47,003 bases of DNA from assembly GCA_032128115.1 (NCBI GenBank), contig JAQBHB010000012.1:1-47003 (forward strand), read 5' to 3'. Positions 8,479 to 17,043 of this stretch are shown piece after piece. Within the stretch, counting starts at the first letter, position 1. Every line of letters starts with the position of its first letter. A program made the position numbers and the translations under genes. Source of the DNA: Deltaproteobacteria bacterium. GTDB lineage: Bacteria; Myxococcota_A; UBA9160; SMWR01. Under the pieces are notes generated by a model. The model had not been told where the DNA came from. It was given only the letters and a program-made list of their open reading frames with translations, and made no database searches.

Positions 8479-9515
8479 CAGAGATCCCAGAAATAGTCCT
8501 TGTTGGAGAGCTCGGGCTCGATCTCTCCCGCCGACGAGCGCAGGCCCGGAGGCACGCCTTCGCCGCTCAGCAATCGCTCGATGTGCTCCTCCAGGTCGAC
8601 GGTTTCGCGCTCCCAGTACTCGGCCGTGCCGAAGTGGGGAAACGCCGCCGGAAACGCCGAGTCCTCCCAGCGCCGCGCGATCCAGGCCGCGTAGAAGACG
8701 AACCGGAAGGCGCGCAGGGGCTCCACCAGGCGCAGCCAGCGATCGTCGAAATCGCGGAACTGGCGGTACGACTCGATCAACAGGTCACGCTGGCGGGCGC
8801 CCTCGCCGTCGCGCCCGGGAAGCAGCATCCAGACGTCCTGCACCGCCGGCCCCACCACGAAGTCGTCGAAGTCCAGGAAGAACCAGCCTTCGTCGCCCCG
8901 CAACAGGTTGCCCAGATGGCAGTCGCCGTGGATGCGGTGAACGGGAACGTCTGCGCTCCACTCCTCGTAGAGTTGCGCCACCTTCTCCACCGCCGCCCGA
9001 TAGCGCGGCGCCCACTCCACGGGGAGGAAACCCTCGTCCTCCAGGAAGTCGAGCGGCGTGAGCGCACTGACGCTCGCGGAGAGTCGCAGGCGATGATCGG
9101 CGCTCCCCGCCGCCCCCACGTTGTGGATGCGGGCCAGCAGTCGGCCCAGGATGCGGATCTCGTCGTCGCGCAGTTCGTCCGGCGAGCGGCCCCCGGTGCG
9201 GGGCCAGACTGCGTAGTAGATGCCCTCCACCTGATGCAGGGTGTTCCCATCGGGAAACACCAGCGGCGCGCACACGGGAATCTCCGCCTCCCGGAGTTCG
9301 CTCAGGAAGCGGTGCTCGTCCAGGATCGCATCGCGCCCCCAGCGTCCCGGGCGGTAGAACTTCGCCACCACGTGGGCGCCACTGGAAAGCCTCAGGTCAT
9401 AGACACGATTCTCCAGACACGTGAGGGGCGTGCAGTGGCCCGTCGGGTCGAAGCCGCCGGCCTCCACCGCCCGCAGCACCCGGTCGGGCGTCAGCTCGAA
9501 GAAGAATTCAGACAT
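8478..9515 (-). CDS. srkA: Stress response Ser/Thr protein kinase SrkA (YihE/RdoA family)
   Basis: ENRVY, VAKFYRPGRW, RIHGDCHLGNLL, LDFDD, GPAVQDVWMLL, WEDSAFPAAFP. Start taken at MSEFFFELTPD. Confidence 0.92.
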   Translation of the reverse strand: MSEFFFELTPDRVLRAVEAGGFDPTGHCTPLTCLENRVYDLRLSSGAHVVAKFYRPGRWGRDAILDEHRFLSELREAEIPVCAPLVFPDGNTLHQVEGIYYAVWPRTGGRSPDELRDDEIRILGRLLARIHNVGAAGSADHRLRLSASVSALTPLDFLEDEGFLPVEWAPRYRAAVEKVAQLYEEWSADVPVHRIHGDCHLGNLLRGDEGWFFLDFDDFVVGPAVQDVWMLLPGRDGEGARQRDLLIESYRQFRDFDDRWLRLVEPLRAFRFVFYAAWIARRWEDSAFPAAFPHFGTAEYWERETVDLEEHIERLLSGEGVPPGLRSSAGEIEPELSNKDYFWDL

Positions 9516-9587
9516 GGGCCACGCAGGATACAACGCCCCCGACCTCCGCGTGCGACTCCCAGGGGCTTCGCACCGGGATCTCGACAT

Positions 9588-9616
9588 TTGCCGCAGAGTG
9601 GCAGATTCGTTAGTTT
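9588..9616 (+). promoter_or_regulatory. Putative sigma-70 promoter of meaA with overlapping inverted repeat
   Basis: TTGCCG-N17-TAGTTT, overlapped by the imperfect inverted repeat ATTTGCCGC-AGA-GTGGCAGAT at 9586-9606. Confidence 0.45.
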
Positions 9617-9642
9617 TCCCGGGCACTTGCGGGAGTGCTTCC

Positions 9643-11631
9643 ATGGCGTACAAATCTCGAAAACCCGAACGCGAACGGCCCTGGTTGTTCCGAACCTATT
9701 CGGGCCACTCCTCGGCTCGGGCCAGCAACGAGTTGTACCGGAGCAATCTGGCCAAGGGTCAGACGGGGCTCTCGGTGGCGTTCGACCTGCCCACCCAGAC
9801 CGGCTACGACGCCGATCACCCCCTGGCCCGGGGCGAGGTGGGCAAGGTGGGCGTGCCCATCAGCCACATCGACGACATGGCGACCCTGTTCCAGGAGATT
9901 CCCCTGGACCGCATGAACACGTCGATGACCATCAACGCCACGGCGGCCTGGCTGCTGGCGCTCTATAGCGCCGTCGCGGAACGCAACGGCGTGGCCGCCT
10001 CGGCTCTCCAGGGAACGACCCAGAACGACATCATCAAGGAGTACCTGTCCCGGGGCACCTACATCTTCCCGCCCGGACCCTCCATGCGACTCATCGCCGA
10101 CATGGTGGCCTACACGGTCGATGCGATCCCGCGCTGGAACCCCACCAACATCTGCTCATACCACCTGCAGGAAGCCGGGGCGACTCCGGTTCAGGAGATC
10201 GCCTATGCCTTCGCCACGGCTCTGGCGGTGCTCGACAGCGTCCGCGACCGCAGTGACGTTCCCGCTGCGGCCCTGCCCCGGGTGGTGGGCCGCGTCTCGT
10301 TCTTCCTCAACTCCGGCATCCGGTTCGTGGAGGAGATCTGCAAGGTGCGCGCCATGGCCGAGCTCTGGGACCAGCTGACCCGAGAGCGCTACGGCGTCGG
10401 GGATCCCGGGCTTCGGCGCTTCCGGTACGGGGTGCAGGTGAACAGCCTGGGGCTCACCGAGGCCCAGCCCGAGAACAACTCGATTCGCATCGCCCTGGAG
10501 GCCCTCGGCGTCACCCTCTCGAAGAACGCGCGCTGCCGCGCCCTGCAGCTCCCGGCCTGGAACGAAGCACTGGGTCTGCCGCGCCCCTGGGACCAGCAGT
10601 GGTCGCTTCGGATCCAGCAGATCCTGGCCTACGAGACCGATCTCCTGGAGTACGAGGACCTCTTCGATGGCTCCCACGTGGTGGAGGCACGGACCCGCGA
10701 ACTGGTGGAGGCTGCGCGCCAGGAGATCGACCGCGTGCTGGAGATGGGGGGCGCGGTCGCGGCCGTCGAGAACGCCTACATGAAGCAGCAGCTGGTGGCG
10801 TCCCAGACCGCGCGCGCACAGGCCATCGAGAGCGGCGAGCAGATGGTGATCGGCGTGAACGCCTACACCGAGACCGAGCCGTCGCCGCTGACCGACGGCC
10901 AGCAGATCCTGGTGGTAGACGAATCGGCGGAGCGGGATCAGATCGAACGGCTGGAGGCGTTTCGCACCCGCCGGAACGCAGCCGACGTCGAGGCGGCGCT
11001 TCGCAACCTGAAGGACGTGGTGGCCACCGGCGGCAACGTCATGCCCCCGTCGATCCGCGCCGCGCAGGCGGGGGTCACCACGGGCGAGTGGGCGGACACC
11101 CTGCGCGGTCTGTTCGGCGAGTACCGCGCGCCCACCGGGGTGGCGGCGGCGCGCCCGATGGGCACGAATCCCCGCAACGACGAGGTTCGCGAGCGTGTCC
11201 ACGCCCTGTCCGAAACCCTGGGCCGTCCTCTCAAGATCCTGGTGGGAAAACCCGGACTCGACGGACACAGCAACGGCGCCGAGCAGATCGCGGTTCGCGC
11301 ACGCGACGTGGGCATGGAGGTGGTGTACGACGGAATCCGCCTCACCCCGGAGGAGATCGTCCAGTCGGCGCGCGACGAGGGCGTGCACGTGATCGGACTC
11401 TCGGTGCTCTCCGGGTCCCACGGCGTGCTGGTGCGCGACGTGCTCGATCGGCTCCGAAAGGCCGGGCTGGAATCGCTGCCGGTGGTGGTGGGCGGGATCA
11501 TTCCCGAGGAGGACGCCGACCAGCTGCGCAGCGCGGGCGTGCGTCGCGTCTACACCCCCAAGGATTTCGATCTCACCCGGATCATGCAGGAGATCGTCGA
11601 CGTGGTGTCGGAGTCCGCCCCTGCCGCGTGA
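9643..11631 (+). CDS. meaA: Ethylmalonyl-CoA mutase (MeaA/Ecm), AdoCbl-dependent
   Basis: RPWLFRTYSGHS, AFDLPTQTGYD, TNICSYHLQEAG, RFRYGVQVNSLGL and B12-binding KPGLDGHSNG. Confidence 0.93.
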   Translation: MAYKSRKPERERPWLFRTYSGHSSARASNELYRSNLAKGQTGLSVAFDLPTQTGYDADHPLARGEVGKVGVPISHIDDMATLFQEIPLDRMNTSMTINATAAWLLALYSAVAERNGVAASALQGTTQNDIIKEYLSRGTYIFPPGPSMRLIADMVAYTVDAIPRWNPTNICSYHLQEAGATPVQEIAYAFATALAVLDSVRDRSDVPAAALPRVVGRVSFFLNSGIRFVEEICKVRAMAELWDQLTRERYGVGDPGLRRFRYGVQVNSLGLTEAQPENNSIRIALEALGVTLSKNARCRALQLPAWNEALGLPRPWDQQWSLRIQQILAYETDLLEYEDLFDGSHVVEARTRELVEAARQEIDRVLEMGGAVAAVENAYMKQQLVASQTARAQAIESGEQMVIGVNAYTETEPSPLTDGQQILVVDESAERDQIERLEAFRTRRNAADVEAALRNLKDVVATGGNVMPPSIRAAQAGVTTGEWADTLRGLFGEYRAPTGVAAARPMGTNPRNDEVRERVHALSETLGRPLKILVGKPGLDGHSNGAEQIAVRARDVGMEVVYDGIRLTPEEIVQSARDEGVHVIGLSVLSGSHGVLVRDVLDRLRKAGLESLPVVVGGIIPEEDADQLRSAGVRRVYTPKDFDLTRIMQEIVDVVSESAPAA

Positions 11632-12595
11632 TCTCGCCGAACGCCTGCGGGCGGGCGATCGCGACGCCGTGGCAGAGGCCCTGAACCTCACCGACGACCG
11701 GCGCCCCGGACCCCGCGCCCGGGCCCTGAGTCTGCTGGACACCCTGGAGCGATCGGCCGCGTTTCCCGGCGCCGCCCGCATCGGCATCACCGGCGCCCCC
11801 GGAGCGGGCAAGTCCACCCTGCTGGACGTCCTGGTGCGCAGCCTGCGACCCCGTGGCGAGACGCTGGCGATCGTGGCCGTGGATCCCTCGAGTCGCGAGA
11901 CCGGCGGCGCCCTGCTGGGCGACCGCATCCGGGTGCGATCCGGTGCGGGCGATCCGGGCGTTTTCATCCGGTCGATGGCCGCGCGCGACCGGCTGGGGGG
12001 TCTCGCCGAAGCCACGCGCGCTGGCGTGGCCATCCTGGCCACCCAATTCGACCGGGTCTTCGTGGAAACCGTGGGCGTGGGGCAGTCGGAGATCGGCGTG
12101 GCCTCGCTGGCCGACAGCCTCGTGTACGTCCTGAACCCCGACACGGGCGACACGCTCCAGTTCATGAAGGCGGGAATCCTGGAGCTCCCCGACCTGTTCG
12201 TGGTGAACAAGGCCGACCTGGGCGCGGCCGCTTCGCGCACGGCGAGCGAGCTCATGAGCGGCCTCGGCGCCGCGGGCGACCGCCGTCGACCACCGGTGAT
12301 CTCGGTATCGGCGCGCGATGGAACCGGCGTCGAGGCGCTGGTAGACGCGCTCGACGAACACCGACGGGAGCTGGTGGAAGGCCGCGGCCTCGAGGAAAGG
12401 CGCGCGCGGGGTCGCGTGACCTACGTGTTGGAGACCCTGGAGCACCGCTACGGCAGCTACGGTGTTGCGCAGCTGGGCGACCCGCGTGCGCTCCGGGACC
12501 GGGTCCGAGAGGACCCTCGCTCCTCGTTTCGCCTGGTGGACGACCTGGGCCGGGAACTCGAGGAGACCCTGCGCAAGCCGGCGCCTCCGGAGTAG
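11621..12595 (+). CDS. meaB: Mutase-associated GTPase MeaB/ArgK
   Basis: GITGAPGAGKST, AVDPSS, GALLGDRIR, ETVGVGQSE, NKAD. The MeaB-like N-terminus (LPRDLAERLRAGDRDAVA) implies a CTG start at 11621; the alternative is GTG 11669. Confidence 0.92.
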   Translation: MPRDLAERLRAGDRDAVAEALNLTDDRRPGPRARALSLLDTLERSAAFPGAARIGITGAPGAGKSTLLDVLVRSLRPRGETLAIVAVDPSSRETGGALLGDRIRVRSGAGDPGVFIRSMAARDRLGGLAEATRAGVAILATQFDRVFVETVGVGQSEIGVASLADSLVYVLNPDTGDTLQFMKAGILELPDLFVVNKADLGAAASRTASELMSGLGAAGDRRRPPVISVSARDGTGVEALVDALDEHRRELVEGRGLEERRARGRVTYVLETLEHRYGSYGVAQLGDPRALRDRVREDPRSSFRLVDDLGRELEETLRKPAPPE

Positions 12596-12603
12596 GCGCC
12601 GGT

Positions 12604-13029
12604 TCAGTTGTCGATGGGCGTCATCGGTATCGGTATGTTGCAGTCCTCCTCCCACTGCCCCGCGATGCAGCGACCGATTCGGCAGCCCATCGCCGGAACC
12701 GGCCTTTCGCCACACGGGATGTCCGCGGTGACGTCACAGACCTGCTGCCAGTCACTCCCCACGCACTCGCCGATGTAGCAATCGCGGTCGGGGATCGGCT
12801 TGATTCCGCAGCGGATCTCCGGATCCTCGACACACTCCATCTTCCAGAGCCCCTGGGCGCAGCCCCGGATCCTGCAGCCCGGGTCCGGAATCGGCTTCGG
12901 TCCACAGGGAACCTCCTGCGGCCGCTCCTGGGCCGCCGCCCACGCACCGGCGGCAACGATGCCGAGAAAGACGAGAACGGCGCCCAGCCTCGGAATTCGC
13001 CGGGTCTGTCGATTTCGCAGACTTCCCAT
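12604..13029 (-). CDS. Small secreted Cys-rich triple-repeat protein
   Basis: Signal peptide followed by three 32-aa repeats of C-x9-C-x4-C-x8-C. GGAG RBS upstream. Confidence 0.8.
   Translation of the reverse strand: MGSLRNRQTRRIPRLGAVLVFLGIVAAGAWAAAQERPQEVPCGPKPIPDPGCRIRGCAQGLWKMECVEDPEIRCGIKPIPDRDCYIGECVGSDWQQVCDVTADIPCGERPVPAMGCRIGRCIAGQWEEDCNIPIPMTPIDN
12640..12906 (-). repeat. Three degenerate 96-bp intragenic repeats
   Basis: CGPKPIPDPGCRIRGCAQGLWKMEC / CGIKPIPDRDCYIGECVGSDWQQVC / CGERPVPAMGCRIGRCIAGQWEEDC. Confidence 0.85.
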
Positions 13030-13117
13030 GCCCCTGACTCCTTCCGATCCGAGTATAGAGAGGGACCCGAGCGGCTCCAGGCCGCGCTAGGCTTGCCGGC
13101 CGAGGGGGGTTGCGGGC

Positions 13118-13435
13118 TTGAAGCTGCTGCGAGGCGTCCTGATCGCGCTTGCGCTGTCCCTGGTGGCCGGCATGCTGATCGGGACCCTGCTGCGGATGCG
13201 CCTGGAGCGACCGGTTCGCTACTGGGGGTCAGCGCCCACGCCCTCCCCACTCGATATCGGCGATGTCCGCGCGCCGGTTCTCCACGCGAGCCATCACGAA
13301 CAGCAGATCCGAGAGGCGGTTCATGTAGCCGAGCGAGGCGGCCGATTGGGGCTCCTGGCGGTGCAGGGCCACCAGCTGCCGTTCCGCGCGCCGACACACG
13401 GTGCGCGCCACGTGGAAGCTAGCCGCCGCGGGTGA
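13118..13435 (+). CDS. Small putative membrane protein overlapping pduO antisense
   Basis: TTG start after a G-rich RBS and a clear N-terminal TM helix. The 3' two-thirds overlaps pduO on the opposite strand. Confidence 0.4.
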   Translation: MKLLRGVLIALALSLVAGMLIGTLLRMRLERPVRYWGSAPTPSPLDIGDVRAPVLHASHHEQQIREAVHVAERGGRLGLLAVQGHQLPFRAPTHGARHVEASRRG

Positions 13436-13786
13436 CCCGCCCGGCAGGATGAAGCGCTGCAGTGGCGCAAGCTCGCCACCCAGGGCATCGATGTGCTGCT
13501 CGAGTCCGGCCACGTCCTCGTCGGTGACTTCGGGCACCCCGCTCTTCTCGCGGCGCTTCGCATCGGGCGTGGCCAGGGTTCCTCCCAGGTCGAAAAGGCG
13601 ACTCTGGATCCGGCACAGGACCTCGCGCAGGTCGTCGTGCCCGGTGGCTGCCGCGCACATCCCGACGAAGGCATTCAGCTCGTCCACCTCTCCATAGGCC
13701 TCGACCCGGGACTCGTGCTTCGAAACGCGGGGCCCGCCGAACAGATCCGTCTCGCCCGCATCGCCGCGACGCGTGTAGATCTTCAT
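13229..13786 (-). CDS. pduO: ATP:cob(I)alamin adenosyltransferase, PduO type
   Basis: MKIYTRRGDAGET, EAYGEVDELN, FILPGG, ARTVCRRAER, YMNRLSDLLF. Confidence 0.95.
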   Translation of the reverse strand: MKIYTRRGDAGETDLFGGPRVSKHESRVEAYGEVDELNAFVGMCAAATGHDDLREVLCRIQSRLFDLGGTLATPDAKRREKSGVPEVTDEDVAGLEQHIDALGGELAPLQRFILPGGSPAAASFHVARTVCRRAERQLVALHRQEPQSAASLGYMNRLSDLLFVMARVENRRADIADIEWGGRGR

Positions 13787-14304
13787 CCCGACCTGCTCTC
13801 GAGCTCGCGGTCGACGATCCGCGCCAGCTCCGGGTCGAGCGCCGGCGCCCGAGCGGGTGTGGGTTCGGTTCCCTCGCGGGTGCGGCGTCGCAGGAACACC
13901 ACAAGCACGCCGCCGCCCGCAGCGAAGGCCACCACCGGAATCGCATAGGCCGCCAGTCCGAAGCCCGAAGCCCGCGGCGCGCCCCGCACCGAGTCGCCAT
14001 AGCGCTCCACGAGCTCGGCTTCCACGTCGGCGCGCTCGCGCCCGGCGGCCTCCTGCACCAGGATCCACATCCGGAGGCTCTCGGCCTGGGGACTCGGGCA
14101 ATCGGCGAGGCTCCGCCCCGGACAGAACGGACTCATGGCCTCGCGCGACAGATCGTAGGCCCAGCCCGCGGGCGTGGGCTCTTCGGCGGTCGCCCCCGCC
14201 GGGGCGAGCGGCGCCGCGAGCGCGACGACGACCACAAAGACGAGCGCGAATCCAGCTCGGCGCAATCTCAGATGTCCCAGGGGGCGTTCGTGGGGGAGAA
14301 CCAT
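13783..14304 (-). CDS. CcmH/NrfF-like cytochrome c biogenesis protein
   Basis: Signal peptide, MSPFCPGRSLADCPS, LVERYGDSV..P and a C-terminal TM helix. Start uncertain (ATG 14304 or TTG 14265). Confidence 0.75.
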   Translation of the reverse strand: MVLPHERPLGHLRLRRAGFALVFVVVVALAAPLAPAGATAEEPTPAGWAYDLSREAMSPFCPGRSLADCPSPQAESLRMWILVQEAAGRERADVEAELVERYGDSVRGAPRASGFGLAAYAIPVVAFAAGGGVLVVFLRRRTREGTEPTPARAPALDPELARIVDRELESRSG

Positions 14305-14452
14305 CGGATCTTCTCCGGACACGGTGCAGGATAGCGCGCCACCCGTCTTGCGCCGATTTGCCGGCGGGTGTACCCCGGTGGTAGCGTTGCGCCCGGCCGG
14401 CTTCGTCCGGTTTCCTCCACGGTGTCCCTCCCCCACCACCTCGGAGCCAAGC

Positions 14453-15289
14453 GTGGCGGAGATCTACAGTCACTCGCGCCTGTCGAGCTTCGAGGACTGT
14501 CCTCGCAAGTTCCAGTATCGATACATCCTGAAGATCCCCCGCGACTCGGAGTCCATCGAAGGCTTCGTGGGCAAGCGCGTGCACGAGGTGCTCGAACGCC
14601 TCTACAAGGCGGTGGACAGCGTCGGCGTCCCCTCCCTGGACAAGGTGCTCGACCGCTATCAGCAGCTGTGGAGCGAGCACTACGACGCCGAGCGGATCCG
14701 GATCGTGCGCCCCGAGAATCCGGTGGATTTCTATCGCTCCCAGGGCGAGCGCTGCCTCAACAACTACTACCGCCGCTTCTATCCCTTCGACGCCGACGAG
14801 ACCCTGGGCCTGGAGAAGCACGTTCACTTCGCGCTCGATGACGGCGGCTCGTATCGCATGCAGGGCTTCATCGACCGCGTGGTCCGGACCCGGGACGGCG
14901 CCATCGAGATCCACGACTACAAGACGTCCCAACGCATGCCGCGTCAGATCTACCTGGACCGCGACCGCCAGCTGGCGCTCTACCAGATCGCGATCGGAAA
15001 CCGCTACGGAAGCGACCGACCCGTGCGACTGGTGTGGCACTACCTGGCGCCCAACCGCACGGCCACCTCCACACGCACCCCGGAGCAGCTCGAGCTGCTG
15101 CGTACGAATACCATGGAGGTGATCGACCAGATCCGCGCCGAGACCGAGTTCGAACCGCGCACCGGACCGCTCTGCAACTGGTGCGAGTACAACGACATCT
15201 GTCCGGCCTTCGCGGCCACGACCGCCTCAACCCGCCCCGCGCCCGAGGAAACCGCCGCTGCGCCGCCTGGGCAGCTCGACCTGCTCTAG
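14453..15289 (+). CDS. PD-(D/E)XK RecB-family (Cas4/AddB-like) nuclease with Fe-S cysteines
   Basis: SHSRLSSFEDCPRKF, GKRVHEVLE, GFIDRV, IHDYKT, QLALY and LCNWCEYNDICP. GTG start after GGAG. Confidence 0.9.
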   Translation: MAEIYSHSRLSSFEDCPRKFQYRYILKIPRDSESIEGFVGKRVHEVLERLYKAVDSVGVPSLDKVLDRYQQLWSEHYDAERIRIVRPENPVDFYRSQGERCLNNYYRRFYPFDADETLGLEKHVHFALDDGGSYRMQGFIDRVVRTRDGAIEIHDYKTSQRMPRQIYLDRDRQLALYQIAIGNRYGSDRPVRLVWHYLAPNRTATSTRTPEQLELLRTNTMEVIDQIRAETEFEPRTGPLCNWCEYNDICPAFAATTASTRPAPEETAAAPPGQLDLL

Positions 15290-15324
15290 CGGCCGGAGGC
15301 CGCCGCGGGCTAGTCTGAAGCGCC

Positions 15325-16083
15325 ATGGGTTTGACCATCGAACGCGTTCCCACTCTCTCCGACAACTACACCTACGTGATAGCCTGCGACGAAACCGGCG
15401 ATGCCGCCGTTGTCGATGCGCCCGAGGCTGCGCCGGTGATGAAGCGGGTGGAATCCATGGGCGTGACGGTCACGAAGATCCTCTCGACGCACCACCACCC
15501 GGACCATTCCATGGCCAACCCGGTGCTGGCGAAGCACTACGACGCGCCCGTCTACGGTCACGTCTCGGATGACGGGCGACTGCCGGGCCTGACGAATCCC
15601 CTGGAGGAAGGCGACACGGTCGACGTGGGGAAGCAGCGGGCCCGGATCCTGTTCATCCCGGCCCACACCACCGGCCATATCGCCTACGTCTTCGACGAGG
15701 CGCAGGCGGTGTTCTGCGGCGACACCCTGTTCGCCGGCGGTTGCGGGCGGCTGTTCGAGGGAACGCCAGAAATGATGTTCCGCGCGCTCCACGAGAAGCT
15801 GGGTGCCCTGCCGGACAGCATGCGCGTCTTCTGCGGCCATGAGTACACGCAGAGCAACCTGGTCTTCGCAGCCCACGTGGAGCCGGACAACCAGGCCGTC
15901 GCCAAGAAGCTCGAGCACGTGCGTGCGCTTCGGGCCCACGCCGCGGCCGATTGGCACGATGCCACGCCGGACGAGATGAGCATCCCCTCCACCCTGGCGG
16001 AAGAACGCGCCACCAACCCCTTCCTGAGAGCCACCGACGCGGAAGACCTGGGCCGCATCCGCGCCCTGAAGGACCGCTTCTAG
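15325..16083 (+). CDS. gloB: Hydroxyacylglutathione hydrolase (glyoxalase II)
   Basis: DNYTY, THHHPDH, GDTLFAGGCGRLFEG, CGHEYT, ERATNPFLR. Confidence 0.92.
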   Translation: MGLTIERVPTLSDNYTYVIACDETGDAAVVDAPEAAPVMKRVESMGVTVTKILSTHHHPDHSMANPVLAKHYDAPVYGHVSDDGRLPGLTNPLEEGDTVDVGKQRARILFIPAHTTGHIAYVFDEAQAVFCGDTLFAGGCGRLFEGTPEMMFRALHEKLGALPDSMRVFCGHEYTQSNLVFAAHVEPDNQAVAKKLEHVRALRAHAAADWHDATPDEMSIPSTLAEERATNPFLRATDAEDLGRIRALKDRF

Positions 16084-16541
16084 ATCCGGATGATCGACCG
16101 GATCAGGTTCGGCAGGCGCGACGTGAACAGGGACTCGGACCAGCTCGTTACCCGCTGGATCGCCTCGAGCGCATCTCCCTTGCCCGACCAGTGCGCCCGC
16201 ACCACGTCCGGGTGCACGTGGTTCAGCATCGCCGACAGCGTTGCCGCTGCGATTACCACGTCGTCCACCAGGCCGATGGGACCGAGCAGCAACCCGGGTA
16301 TCAGGTCCACGGGACTCAACACGTAGCCCACCCCAAGCACGGCCAGCAGCTTGGCCCGGCGGGGCACGCGATCGTCTCGGAGCAGCCGCGTCAACAACAC
16401 CACCAGATCCGGAAGCAGCAGGATCAGGTCGCGCACCCCGGTGGTCCCGCCGGGAGGCGACTCCACCACCTGGCTGCGCATCCGATCGTAGAGGCGCCGC
16501 TCCCGCGGATTCAGTTCGATGACGACCGGTTCGTCAGGCAC
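16080..16541 (-). CDS. YkvA/DUF1232 family membrane protein
   Basis: RLLRDDRVP, YVLSPVDLIP..GLVDD. GTG start with GGAGG RBS. Confidence 0.85.
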   Translation of the reverse strand: MPDEPVVIELNPRERRLYDRMRSQVVESPPGGTTGVRDLILLLPDLVVLLTRLLRDDRVPRRAKLLAVLGVGYVLSPVDLIPGLLLGPIGLVDDVVIAAATLSAMLNHVHPDVVRAHWSGKGDALEAIQRVTSWSESLFTSRLPNLIRSIIRI

Positions 16542-17043
16542 CCGGTCGCCTCCCGGCCCGGTTGTCGTCGTCGAACCGGACGTCGAGGGGCCGATCGCCG
16601 CCGTCGAAGTGCTGGGTTGCAAAGATCGTCTCCGGGGCGCTCCAGAGCCGGCGCAGCAGTTCGGGTACGTCGTCCACCAGCGGCAGCGCTTCCACGTCGG
16701 AAAGCCGCTGCCACGACACCTCGACTCCGGCCGGTGGAACCAGCGAGGTGCGGGACTCCATCTCGCCGGCGAATACGAACAGCACGTGCGCCCGACCCAG
16801 GAGACCCGTCTCGTGGATCACGGCGCGCAGCCGCAGGCCCGAAACGTCCAGACCCGTTTCCTCGCGGAGCTCACGTTGCGCCGCCGCTCGGATGTCCTCG
16901 CCCGCTTTCACGTGCCCGCCGATCCCGTTCCAGCGCCCCGGAAAGCGATCGCTGCCATTCGCGTGGCGCAACAGCAGCACGTGATCTCCGCAGCGCAGGA
17001 AGACCAGCGTTACCAGGCGAGCTTCGTGGCGCTCGTCACTCAC
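16534..17043 (-). CDS. NUDIX hydrolase
   Basis: Nudix box GGHVKAGEDIRAAAQRELREETGL. Confidence 0.9.
   Translation of the reverse strand: MSDERHEARLVTLVFLRCGDHVLLLRHANGSDRFPGRWNGIGGHVKAGEDIRAAAQRELREETGLDVSGLRLRAVIHETGLLGRAHVLFVFAGEMESRTSLVPPAGVEVSWQRLSDVEALPLVDDVPELLRRLWSAPETIFATQHFDGGDRPLDVRFDDDNRAGRRPGA

Noticed and set aside
9516..9642. Cobalamin riboswitch upstream of the B12-dependent mutase
   Set aside because: The region is short, is shared with the divergent srkA promoter, and lacks recognisable B12-box consensus elements.
14453..15289. CRISPR-Cas locus suggested by the Cas4-like nuclease
   Set aside because: No repeat-spacer array and no cas1, cas2 or effector genes are in the window.
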